From NCBI RefSeq assembly GCF_965641715.1, contig NZ_OZ282453.1: DNA of 64,000 bases; one strand, given 5' to 3'. This DNA comes from Escherichia coli (lineage in GTDB: Bacteria; Pseudomonadota; Gammaproteobacteria; Enterobacterales; Enterobacteriaceae). A model generated the notes under the pieces. That model saw only the letters and a list, made by a program, of their open reading frames with translations. It did no database searches and was not told where the DNA came from. How positions within the stretch are numbered: the first letter of the stretch is position 1; the number at the start of each line of letters is the position of its first letter. This document shows positions 17,891-25,919 of the stretch, one piece after another. The translations under genes were made by a program, and so were the position numbers.

Positions 17891-20645
17891 TTCCACTGGT
17901 CAGGCCACCCCGCAGCAGGTCTGCTTTGCGGCTGGCGCGTTCAGTGGTTTCACTGATTCTCTGTGCGTGCTCTGCGTCGCGGATGGCGCGCAGCATGTCA
18001 GAAAGCACGGTAACGGGTGTTTTCATGGTGTTCTGGTCCTGCTGAAGTGTGGATGCCAGGCGTGCGGCGGCTTCAGGGTCTGATGCCCCCAGCTGTGCCA
18101 GATAGCTGGCGACCGGGTTATGGCGGATCTCCGTGCTGCTTACGCCATGATTACGGCTCAGGCGCTGCCAGAGCTGCGTGATTCGGCTGTCCGGGCGGGT
18201 ATCCGGTTTGCGTACAATTTCAAATCCCTGCGGTGCAATGATGCTGCCGTCAACGTACAGACTGCCGCCCCGTAACAGGTGCTGCATCTGTTGTTCACCG
18301 ATATGCAGGCCGAGAGATTCAGCAGACTCCCGCCATTCTTTAGCGAGTAATTCGTGGTTATCAGGCAAAGGCCGTGGCTGTTTGCGGCTCTGTGTCCAGC
18401 TCTGCATTTCATCACTGCTGTTTTTTGCCTGTTTGTCACGAAGCGAACGCATCAGCGCCCGGCGTTCGTGCCGTTTCAGTGAGCGCATCCATTCGTTCAC
18501 GTCAACGCCGTCAGGAAGCTGCGGCCACGGTGCTGGCCGTTCTTTCGACTGTTCTGTCCCGCTGTTGCCTGTTTCCTGTACACGGGGACAGTTATTGCCA
18601 CGAGTCCAAGGGGCGGCAGGGCCGCCCTGAAGGTCAAAACCATTTTCGCGGGCGCTGTCTTCCGTTTCCGGTTTACGTCTTACCAGTTTCCAGTTATCCG
18701 GATGCGTGCACACACGGGAGGATTCCCCGATGAGTGGTGACCAGATCCCGTAAATCTGTACGCTCTGTTCGCCGTAATCATTCAGCTCATCTGCGAGGTC
18801 GTAGGCGGTGCGAATCAGGTAGTCTTTGCGTGGAACAAGTACGCCGCCCTGTTTTTCAATGTAGGTGGCAAAACACCCGGCATCGGCGGCAGCGAGTACC
18901 GCATCCATTGCGTCATCTTTCAGTCGTTGCGGGCCTTCCGGGTTGCGTGCCATCTGGCTGGCAAGGCGGCGCAGTTCACGCCACACCTGACGGGAGGGGA
19001 TGCCAAAGAACTGGAACTGGCGGACCCGATGAAGGCGCGCCCAGCCGATGGCGCGCTCCACACTCTCGGCCATTGATTTTCCGGTTTCGTGGTCAACGCG
19101 TGGCTTGCCCGTTTTCGGGTCGATGCCATCCACGGCGCGGCTGTCCAGGTTCTTTCCGATGTAGGTCGCGATATAGCTGGTTGGTGTGCCTTTTGAGCCG
19201 TCGACATACTCCGCCTTAAAGCGCGGAGTAATATCATTGCCCAGCTCGTGGCGGTCTTCCTGAATGGCAATATCGCGGGTGATGGCCACGATGCTGTCGA
19301 TTTCTTCCGGATGAGCAAAGACCATCATATGCCAGTGCACGGTGCCGTCATGGTGAGGCTCCACCGTGCGGATGCCATACCAGCGAAGACCGTCGCGGTT
19401 CAGTTTTTTGCGGACCGCCGCAAAAAACGTGTTAACCAGGTAATCGCTGGAGTCGCGCATGGTGGCCCCGTTCCATTTGGGATTCGGATGACCGTTCTCT
19501 GTTGTGGCGTGGTATTTTGACGGGCAGGTGACAGTCAGAAACACCGCTTTGTCGCCACGGGCTTCGGCCAGAAGTTCCAGCCCCTTCATGGTGGCCATCA
19601 TTTCTGCCTTACGGTGAACCGGGTTACTTACTCCCGCGTAATACACCGTCTCGAGATCAATCGTGAACCCGTCTTCATTTTCCAGCATGAAACTTTTCAG
19701 GAAATCGCGTGTTTTCTCGCGCTGTGCGCGAAACTCGCTTAACGCGTCCTGGCTCAGATAGGGCGATGTTTTTCTGGAAACCAGACAGGCGGCGCGGAGT
19801 TGTTCTTCTCTCCACTCGCAACGTAACAGCCACAGTTTGCGTTTCCACCATTCTGCACAGGTCAGGCGAAGGATTGCGCCCGGCAGCAGCTCCGTGTCCG
19901 GTTCGTTCCTCTGGTCTTTGTCTGTTGTCAGTGCGTCATAATGTGGAGGCATGGCGTGCAGGTGTAACGCCATGCGGGCCAGCATCTGATACGCCTTCAG
20001 CGTTACATCCATGGTCAGTTCGCCATCGGTCGCGCCAAAGCCATCGCAGAGTTTTTCGAAGGTGCTGCTGAACATCGCCGCCGTCATGGTGGCCAGTGTC
20101 TGTATCTGGTGTTTGTTGAGCTGCGGCAGGTAAAGCAAATCGTCCAGGCGTTCGCGTCCGGCAAGGGAGCGATAACCCTGTGTCAGCCAGCGGTGATCGG
20201 TGCGCTCCAGACGTTCGAATATTTTGCGCAGGTTTCCGCGCGCGTAGCGTTCAGCCTGCCAGCTCTTTTTGCCTTTCTGACGATCGGCTTCCTGTTTTTT
20301 GCGCAGGAAGGAGAGGTGGCGAATAAGCGGATCGCGCAGATAGGACGGCAGCAGGCGCAGCGAGGCCATGGCTTCATCCACCGCGCCGCGTGCCTGTTTT
20401 CTGGCATCTCCTGCCAGTGTGATGGTTTTGTCCTGTTTTTCCTGTGCGTCCAGGCTTTTATTAATCAGGTTGCCCAGCGGCGTTGCGGAGAACGCCGCAT
20501 CAGCCATTTCCTGGCGGTGCTCGTTCTCTACCCGGTAGGCATCCAGCCAGGAGGAAAGCGCGGATTCAGGAGCGGGGATCCCCGTTCCTTCACGCCCCAC
20601 TGCGTGGCGCGGTTGTTGCCAGTCCCTGATGTACTCTGCCGTCAT
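17823..20645 (-). CDS. Replication initiation protein (P2 gpA-like rolling-circle endonuclease)
   Basis: 940 aa; P2 A position; HUH-like motif ...HHDGTVHWHMMVF...; translationally coupled to the upstream 121-aa ORF. Confidence 0.65.
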   Translation of the reverse strand: MTAEYIRDWQQPRHAVGREGTGIPAPESALSSWLDAYRVENEHRQEMADAAFSATPLGNLINKSLDAQEKQDKTITLAGDARKQARGAVDEAMASLRLLPSYLRDPLIRHLSFLRKKQEADRQKGKKSWQAERYARGNLRKIFERLERTDHRWLTQGYRSLAGRERLDDLLYLPQLNKHQIQTLATMTAAMFSSTFEKLCDGFGATDGELTMDVTLKAYQMLARMALHLHAMPPHYDALTTDKDQRNEPDTELLPGAILRLTCAEWWKRKLWLLRCEWREEQLRAACLVSRKTSPYLSQDALSEFRAQREKTRDFLKSFMLENEDGFTIDLETVYYAGVSNPVHRKAEMMATMKGLELLAEARGDKAVFLTVTCPSKYHATTENGHPNPKWNGATMRDSSDYLVNTFFAAVRKKLNRDGLRWYGIRTVEPHHDGTVHWHMMVFAHPEEIDSIVAITRDIAIQEDRHELGNDITPRFKAEYVDGSKGTPTSYIATYIGKNLDSRAVDGIDPKTGKPRVDHETGKSMAESVERAIGWARLHRVRQFQFFGIPSRQVWRELRRLASQMARNPEGPQRLKDDAMDAVLAAADAGCFATYIEKQGGVLVPRKDYLIRTAYDLADELNDYGEQSVQIYGIWSPLIGESSRVCTHPDNWKLVRRKPETEDSARENGFDLQGGPAAPWTRGNNCPRVQETGNSGTEQSKERPAPWPQLPDGVDVNEWMRSLKRHERRALMRSLRDKQAKNSSDEMQSWTQSRKQPRPLPDNHELLAKEWRESAESLGLHIGEQQMQHLLRGGSLYVDGSIIAPQGFEIVRKPDTRPDSRITQLWQRLSRNHGVSSTEIRHNPVASYLAQLGASDPEAAARLASTLQQDQNTMKTPVTVLSDMLRAIRDAEHAQRISETTERASRKADLLRGGLTSGNKKQTETGFTNPINEQKTCRDI

Positions 20646-20651
20646 AGTGAT

Positions 20652-21017
20652 TTACTTCGTCATGCCATTCAGGGTGTCGCGGCAGACTGTAGCCAGCCGC
20701 TGAATTTCCAGCACGGTGTCTTCTGTGTCGGCATGGCGATGTGTGATGCGGATGCTGTCGGCAATCACATCGACGATTGCAGAGGATGGGCGCTGGTAAA
20801 TGCCAATAACGGACGGGGTGCCACCTTCAATGCGGTAAAGCCTGTAATTTCCCTCGTGGCTGTCAATCATGTAGCGACCATCAATAACAATCTTTCCGTC
20901 AGCGAGCTGCGGTACAGGCAGGGATTTCAGGTACATGTCATAACGATCACGCACGCGAGCGGCAAGATCACGTTCTGTGTTGAGCAGGTATTCAAGAAAG
21001 TCGTTGGCGAGAATCAT
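20652..21017 (-). CDS. Hypothetical early protein
   Basis: 121-aa ORF with ATG and upstream AGAGGA; ends 7 nt before the A start. Confidence 0.5.
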   Translation of the reverse strand: MILANDFLEYLLNTERDLAARVRDRYDMYLKSLPVPQLADGKIVIDGRYMIDSHEGNYRLYRIEGGTPSVIGIYQRPSSAIVDVIADSIRITHRHADTEDTVLEIQRLATVCRDTLNGMTK

Positions 21018-21089
21018 TGCGGCAATCCTCTTGTTACAGATGTGCGAAGGCCTCCCGCCGCAAGGTGCAGGAAAGGCCCGGAACAGGAG

Positions 21090-21320
21090 TTAATGGAGTT
21101 TGTTTTGCTGCTGGATGAGCTGTTGAAGCTCGTGCAGATCATCCGCCAGATAGCTGAAAACAGAGGCGGAATAAATGTTTGATAGTGCGTGGCTGCGCTC
21201 ATGCAGCATATTGATGTGCATGATTTGCGCGACGCGTGATGCGCGGGAAAGTCTGCGGTTGATTTCAGTCTGGATGTGACGACGCTCCGCGATAGCGCGG
21301 TGTGGTTTGCGGTTTGCCAT
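21090..21320 (-). CDS. Hypothetical basic small protein
   Basis: 76-aa ORF (MANRKPHRAIAERR...); preferred over the overlapping low-complexity 205-aa ORF in another frame. Confidence 0.4.
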   Translation of the reverse strand: MANRKPHRAIAERRHIQTEINRRLSRASRVAQIMHINMLHERSHALSNIYSASVFSYLADDLHELQQLIQQQNKLH

Positions 21321-21642
21321 GGTGTGGCCCCTTGTGTAGTAAGTTGTGAAAACTCACCATCCAGAGCTGCGAAACTGTGGGTGGCGAGACGTACGAGGTT
21401 CGCAGTACCGGCTACACAAGAACCCGGCCCGACCGAAGTCGGCCCCGTACGCCCCGCCATAATTCTGACGCGAAAAAAACGTGGCAATACAGTACGCACA
21501 AAAAAACCGCTGGCGCGGTTGTGCGCTTGTGTAGTCAGCAGGCTGCGAAACCCGGCACCCGTTTTGTGAGGTGCAGCGGAAATGTAACCTGACTGATTGC
21601 GGCATGGCAAGCGGTTTTTTTGTGTGTGCATGTTCTGGTTTC

Positions 21643-21942
21643 TTAGTGGTTCAGAAAAAAATCAAAAACCTTGTCAATGCGTTGCAGCAGCTCTTGCTGT
21701 ATTGCTTCCGGCGTTTCCGGTTCGCCTGGCGCCTCCAACGTCGCGCAGAAATCCTCGATTTCATGACGGAGCGTCAGGCGAATGGCGAGAGGTGTGGTTC
21801 TGGCGTGCTCCAGCTCATCCAGCAGCGCCAGCACAGCAGACGGCGAGAGCATTGCGCGAAACGCCAGTAATTTTTGAGGCGTTGCCATTCGTTGCAGGTC
21901 AGTCGCCAGTTCGCGTAATTCCTGGTGGTTGATGGCGCTCAT
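21643..21942 (-). CDS. Hypothetical early protein
   Basis: 99-aa ORF; start overlaps the stop of the upstream ORF. Confidence 0.5.
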   Translation of the reverse strand: MSAINHQELRELATDLQRMATPQKLLAFRAMLSPSAVLALLDELEHARTTPLAIRLTLRHEIEDFCATLEAPGEPETPEAIQQELLQRIDKVFDFFLNH

Positions 21943-22184
21943 GCTCTGGCTTCCTTCAGTAGCTGGTTAAACATGTTGGTAAGTGGATTGCCGCACCCGA
22001 ACGGCATCGGGTTTATCTGGTAAGAAAAGCGACCGCCTGTTTTGCGCTCTTTTCTTATGACTGAACCGCTGCGCCAGAGTCGGCGTAACTCCGCATTAAT
22101 GGCTGTGGTTGGGGTATTCAGTGCTGCGGCGATTTCTCCACCGCTACACCCCGGATTGGCGGCGATATAGTCCAGAATGGTCAT
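21939..22184 (-). CDS. Hypothetical early protein, possibly a winged-helix DNA binder
   Basis: 81-aa ORF in a coupled chain; weak HTH-like pattern. Confidence 0.45.
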   Translation of the reverse strand: MTILDYIAANPGCSGGEIAAALNTPTTAINAELRRLWRSGSVIRKERKTGGRFSYQINPMPFGCGNPLTNMFNQLLKEARA

Positions 22185-22384
22185 CTGCGTGACTCTTGTA
22201 CCTGTCGGATAAGGTTCACCCGCACCACATTCGTGGCGCAGAAGTAAGTGCCGTCAGTGAGATAGATGTGATGTGCATCCTTTTCTGAACGGTGTTTGTC
22301 GATTGTGGTAATCAGGCGTTCGTCGACTTCGTATTCACGCCCTCTGGAGGTAAAACGAACGACAGGAAAATGCTTAATTGCCAT
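22181..22384 (-). CDS. Hypothetical early protein
   Basis: 67-aa ORF, coupled to the downstream gene. Confidence 0.45.
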   Translation of the reverse strand: MAIKHFPVVRFTSRGREYEVDERLITTIDKHRSEKDAHHIYLTDGTYFCATNVVRVNLIRQVQESRR

Positions 22385-22469
22385 TACGCCTCCTTGGCGT
22401 GTGCGAATACCTCCGCGAATGCGGATTGTTTTACATTTTCTTATTTAATCTGTGGTTTTATTTGCTCTG

Positions 22470-22583
22470 TTATTCGCCAGTGAAAAAGCGTTCAATCTTT
22501 TTTATTGAATGAATAATTCGCATAATCCCAATAGCGCAGGCCACCGAAATAATCAGAACAAGCCATGAGATAAATATACTCAT
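22470..22583 (-). CDS. Unannotated 37-aa hydrophobic peptide (MSIFISWLVLIISVACAIGIMRIIHSIKKIERFFTGE)
   Basis: My own translation; ATG overlaps the stop of the upstream 81-aa ORF (ATGA); one predicted TM helix plus a basic tail; below the track length cutoff. Confidence 0.35.
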   Translation of the reverse strand: MSIFISWLVLIISVACAIGIMRIIHSIKKIERFFTGE

Positions 22584-22825
22584 GCGATATTCCCCAGCTT
22601 ATACGGTTCAATATGTTCCCCGCACTCTGCGGCACAGATCAGCTCGGAAAGTTCGTTAAGTGCATCCAGATCATCAGCGTAAAAAGCCACGTCATACAGA
22701 CTTCGGATTGCTCTGGTCAATGAGTCACGGGCCGCACGTTCAGCATGAGCGCCTGATGCACTTAAGCGAAAATAAAAACGCTCAAGTGCTTTGTTAATGA
22801 GAGTTTTATATTCTTTGCCCATCAC
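22580..22825 (-). CDS. Hypothetical early protein
   Basis: 81-aa track ORF. Confidence 0.45.
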   Translation of the reverse strand: MMGKEYKTLINKALERFYFRLSASGAHAERAARDSLTRAIRSLYDVAFYADDLDALNELSELICAAECGEHIEPYKLGNIA

Positions 22826-22833
22826 AACGCCCT

Positions 22834-23121
22834 TTAATCTGCTTTCTGTATTTCAGCTTCTGAATCCATACAAATAATTTCGATATAGGGTTCATCGCCA
22901 TTAACCTGGCGTGCCTTTTCAGCTTCGCTAATGATTTCTCGTACGGTCTGGTACGGAAGTTCCACAAGCAGTCGCGTGCCGTTCAGATAAACGTAAGTGG
23001 CTTCGTCGGCTCCGTTTTTACCCGCCGGAGTTACTCCGTCAATAGCGGATGCACGTAATAACAGTTCACCGCGAAAATCAATAAAACGGATAAATACACC
23101 TTGTGCATGGTCTTTGGTCAT
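22834..23121 (-). CDS. Hypothetical early protein; start moved to internal ATG 23121
   Basis: Track ORF 22834-23235 overlaps the upstream gene by about 100 nt; the internal ATG removes the overlap. Confidence 0.4.
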   Translation of the reverse strand: MTKDHAQGVFIRFIDFRGELLLRASAIDGVTPAGKNGADEATYVYLNGTRLLVELPYQTVREIISEAEKARQVNGDEPYIEIICMDSEAEIQKAD

Positions 23122-23131
23122 AAAGCACCTG

Positions 23132-23473
23132 TTATAAATCAGCCTGTTTAATAAAACTTTGCCCGCGAAGCAGACGATCAACCGTGCGAAGTGCTTCGTA
23201 TAATGTGAAATCCTGCCCGAACTGATTGTCGCCACTGCTTAGAGCAAAAATGCGGTTTCCGGTAAACGGATTGCGTGGGCATTTGTGGATCACGATTCCA
23301 GCTTTCTCAATCAGCCAGGCATGCTCGCCGATTTGTTTTACTGGGTAGCCATCCGGCGTTGCATGTGTATCACTCAGGCTGTAGCGGATGTTGCTGCGTG
23401 ATGCACTGGTAGCAAAACGGTTAGCGTGGCGTTCTGCACCATTGCGAAAGCGTGAATTACGTTGCTGTTTCAT
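23132..23473 (-). CDS. Hypothetical early protein
   Basis: 113-aa track ORF. Confidence 0.45.
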   Translation of the reverse strand: MKQQRNSRFRNGAERHANRFATSASRSNIRYSLSDTHATPDGYPVKQIGEHAWLIEKAGIVIHKCPRNPFTGNRIFALSSGDNQFGQDFTLYEALRTVDRLLRGQSFIKQADL

Positions 23474-23474
23474 G

Positions 23475-23582
23475 TTAAAGACTCTGTACAGATTTAATTA
23501 TTCCGGCATAGAGGCCGAACTCAAAATATTTGCGATTAAATCGCATCGCATTGTTTTCACGTTTTGCGGACTGCTGGTTCAT
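23475..23582 (-). CDS. Unannotated 35-aa basic ORF (MNQQSAKRENNAMRFNRKYFEFGLYAGIIKSVQSL)
   Basis: My own translation; GGAGG 8 nt upstream of the ATG; its TAA stop lies 1 nt before the ATG of the 113-aa ORF. Confidence 0.3.
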   Translation of the reverse strand: MNQQSAKRENNAMRFNRKYFEFGLYAGIIKSVQSL

Positions 23583-23725
23583 TTTCGTTTGCCTCCGCAC
23601 ATGAGAATTGCGCCGCTTAAGAGGTAACCGAAGTTAATTGATAGTATTACAATTAACATAAGGTCCAATTTGTCCATGCCACACATAATTACCCTCATTG
23701 CAGTAGTTGCGGGTTGTCAGGTTTC

Positions 23726-23932
23726 TCACCCGATAAACCAGATAACAAACGCTATAAACATCGCCCCAATAGCTGCCGGGAAAAGTCCTTTGGTATAAGC
23801 GGCGATATATTCAATGCTGAGTTCAATAAAGCGTTCTTCATGTCCCGTTAACTTGCGAAACAAATAGATCTCTATTACGCCTATCTCAATAAAAACAAGG
23901 GTCAGAATGGCGCTGATGATATGGCTGGTCAT
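23726..23932 (-). CDS. Small membrane protein
   Basis: 68 aa with two hydrophobic segments; immediately downstream of cox. Confidence 0.5.
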   Translation of the reverse strand: MTSHIISAILTLVFIEIGVIEIYLFRKLTGHEERFIELSIEYIAAYTKGLFPAAIGAMFIAFVIWFIG

Positions 23933-23938
23933 TTATGA

Positions 23939-24226
23939 CTAAAGTCCCAGCCACAACAACCATGCGTCGCGGCGTTCTTTCGGTTGCTCAAAAAACGCTT
24001 TGCGCATGCCTTCGTTAAATGCTGGCAGATATACCCAGTTTTCTGATGCACGCGTCTTTACTGAACCTGGTTTCACAAAGTCAATTGTCGGTAGCTTTGC
24101 TGCGTCAATCATGGTTCTGACTGTGGATTCCTTGCGGCCGATCATCTTGGCGAATAGTTGATATGGCACCGCTTCAAGTGGATATGGTGCTACCTGAATG
24201 AACCCCCCAAGCTCTGATTCGCTCAT
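23939..24226 (-). CDS. cox: Cox-like regulator/excisionase
   Basis: 95 aa; PYQLFAKMIGRKESTVRTMID...LPTIDFV...NWVYLPAFNEG...RDAWLLWLGL parallels P2 Cox as I recall it; divergent from C. Confidence 0.8.
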   Translation of the reverse strand: MSESELGGFIQVAPYPLEAVPYQLFAKMIGRKESTVRTMIDAAKLPTIDFVKPGSVKTRASENWVYLPAFNEGMRKAFFEQPKERRDAWLLWLGL

Positions 24227-24339
24227 TGTGGTAATCTCCCTAATTCGTTCGAATGGCTCAAAATGGCTTATATCGGCTTATTTGAGTGTTTTTATGTTTG
24301 TGCCCGATGTGGCATGTTGCGATGGAGGATATGCCCGAT
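24227..24339. promoter_or_regulatory. Lysis-lysogeny switch region (divergent early and repressor promoters) with candidate operators
   Basis: Between cox and C; three GGCT(C/T)A repeats at exact 10-bp spacing (24255, 24265, 24275); two palindromes TGCCCGAT(G/A)TGGCAT (24301-15, 24332-46). Confidence 0.5.
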
Positions 24340-24660
24340 ATGGCATCTTTGTCAAGCATGGGTGAAAAATTTCGCCTGATTCGTGAAGCAGAAGGTATGA
24401 CCCGCCAGGAGTTTGCGGATTGTGTTGGGCTGCCTTATGGGACGGTAACTAACTATGAGGTGAGGGGGAAGCAAGTAACAGAGGGTGCCTTACTTAAGGT
24501 TACGAAACACCCTAAATTTAAGAAGTATGCTTATTGGTTATCAACAGATGAAACGATGCCGGAGGTCGGGCAAATTTCTCCGGCTCTCTCTCTTGATGGT
24601 TCCTGCAATTCGGAGGGAGATCGCGTTTCAACCGAAAAAATCCAAAAATTATCCCGCTGA
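24340..24660 (+). CDS. C-type immunity repressor (HTH); start among in-frame ATGs 24322/24331/24340
   Basis: HTH segment QEFADCVGLPYGTVTNYE and ...KYAYWLSTDETMPEVGQISPAL resemble P2 C as I recall it; same strand as int. Confidence 0.7.
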   Translation: MASLSSMGEKFRLIREAEGMTRQEFADCVGLPYGTVTNYEVRGKQVTEGALLKVTKHPKFKKYAYWLSTDETMPEVGQISPALSLDGSCNSEGDRVSTEKIQKLSR

Positions 24661-24756
24661 GGCCAGAAAACTGGTTAGACCTGCTTTTTGTCTGGTCTGA
24701 TTATTGCTGGAAAGAGGCTGGAGAAATTGTAGAGCGGTTCATTGGAGGGCTTCGTA

Positions 24757-25761
24757 ATGTCGATTAAGAAGCTCGAAGATGGTCGTTATTTGCTGGACAT
24801 CAGGCCGAACGGACGCAAGGGAAAGCGCGTGCGTAAGGTATTTGACAAAAAATCGGTAGCGGTGGCCACTGAACGCTACATCATGGCGAACGCTGAAAAG
24901 CGGGAATATATACAGGGCTACCGTGATCGTCGAACGCTAAATGATTTGCTTGAGTTGTGGTGGATGTATCACGGCCAGCACAGGCGTAAGGCGGAAGAAG
25001 ACCGAAAACAACTGCGCAACATAATCAATGAGCTTGGCGCTGATATGCAGGCTGTGGATCTTGATAAGCTGAAAATTATCGCGTGGCGTTCTCAAAAGAT
25101 AGCTGAAGGATTGAAACCGTCATCTGCTAACAGGTACATGAATCGGTTATCCGGAATGTTTACCGTGCTGAAAAAAATAGGTCTTTGGGATGCAGAACAT
25201 CCAGTAAGGGGAATTTCTATTCTTTATGTATCTCCACGAGAAATGGCGTTCCTGTCACAGAAGGAAGTGGCGCTATTGCTCGATACACTGGAGGGCGACT
25301 ACTGGCGTGTTGCGCTTTTGTGTTTAAGCACAGGGGCGCGCTGGAGTGAAGCTTGTAAGCTTCGTGGTGAACAGATAGTTCATAACCGTGTAACGTTTCT
25401 TGAAACCAAAAATGGCCGGAAGAGAACAGTGCCAATTTCGCAGGCAGTTTGTGAGGCGATCAAAACCAGAGAAACAGGCGGCTTGTTTGAGGTGAAGTAC
25501 CGGGAATTCTGCCTGGCGCTGAAAAGAGTTAAGCCCGACTTACCAAAAGGCCAGGCTGCACATGTGCTGCGGCATACGTTCGCCAGCCATTTTGTGATGA
25601 ACGGAGGAAACATTATTGCGCTTCAGAAGATTCTTGGTCACGCAACCATTCAGCAAACAATGGCATATGCGCATTTTGCACCGGATTACCTGCAGGATGC
25701 GGTGGCCCTTAATCCGCTGAAAGGTGGCGTAAGTGTCCACGCAGTGTCCACGGGGGATTAA
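24757..25761 (+). CDS. int: Tyrosine integrase, P2 type
   Basis: MSIKKLEDGRYLLDIRPNGRKGKRVRKVFDKKS... parallels the P2 Int N-terminus; ATG 24757 preceded by GGAGGG; C-terminal catalytic region HVLRHTFASHFVMNGG...LGH. Confidence 0.9.
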   Translation: MSIKKLEDGRYLLDIRPNGRKGKRVRKVFDKKSVAVATERYIMANAEKREYIQGYRDRRTLNDLLELWWMYHGQHRRKAEEDRKQLRNIINELGADMQAVDLDKLKIIAWRSQKIAEGLKPSSANRYMNRLSGMFTVLKKIGLWDAEHPVRGISILYVSPREMAFLSQKEVALLLDTLEGDYWRVALLCLSTGARWSEACKLRGEQIVHNRVTFLETKNGRKRTVPISQAVCEAIKTRETGGLFEVKYREFCLALKRVKPDLPKGQAAHVLRHTFASHFVMNGGNIIALQKILGHATIQQTMAYAHFAPDYLQDAVALNPLKGGVSVHAVSTGD

Positions 25762-25919
25762 TTTTATATAGCCTGAAACGGCTTAAAGGGCGATACTGAA
25801 TAACAATTTTTCAGTATTGCCCGTCTAAATGGTTATGTTGTTATCTGTATGATTATTAATGTTTTTTCAGATTAAACAGCAGTTTGCAAATGGGCGTTTG
25901 TTGATAAAGGAGCCTTAGA

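Larger units (their letters stand above)
1..25919. mobile_element. P2-like prophage, partial (extends beyond window start); right boundary lies between the integrase stop (25761) and pdxB (25920)
   Basis: Contiguous P2-family gene order G-H-I-J-W-V-S-R-lysis-X-L-M-N-O (minus strand), P-Q (plus), cargo interval, replication gene A, small early genes, cox, C, int; host core genes resume at pdxB. Confidence 0.85.

Noticed and set aside
21014-21631. 205-aa ORF in the early region
   Set aside because: Arg/Ser-rich low-complexity translation overlapping the 76-aa ORF and the hairpin-rich non-coding stretch; more likely non-coding.
21321-21642. Retron msr/msd ncRNA (retrons are common in P2 hotspots)
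   Set aside because: No reverse-transcriptase ORF anywhere in the prophage part of the window; kept as a generic structured RNA candidate instead.
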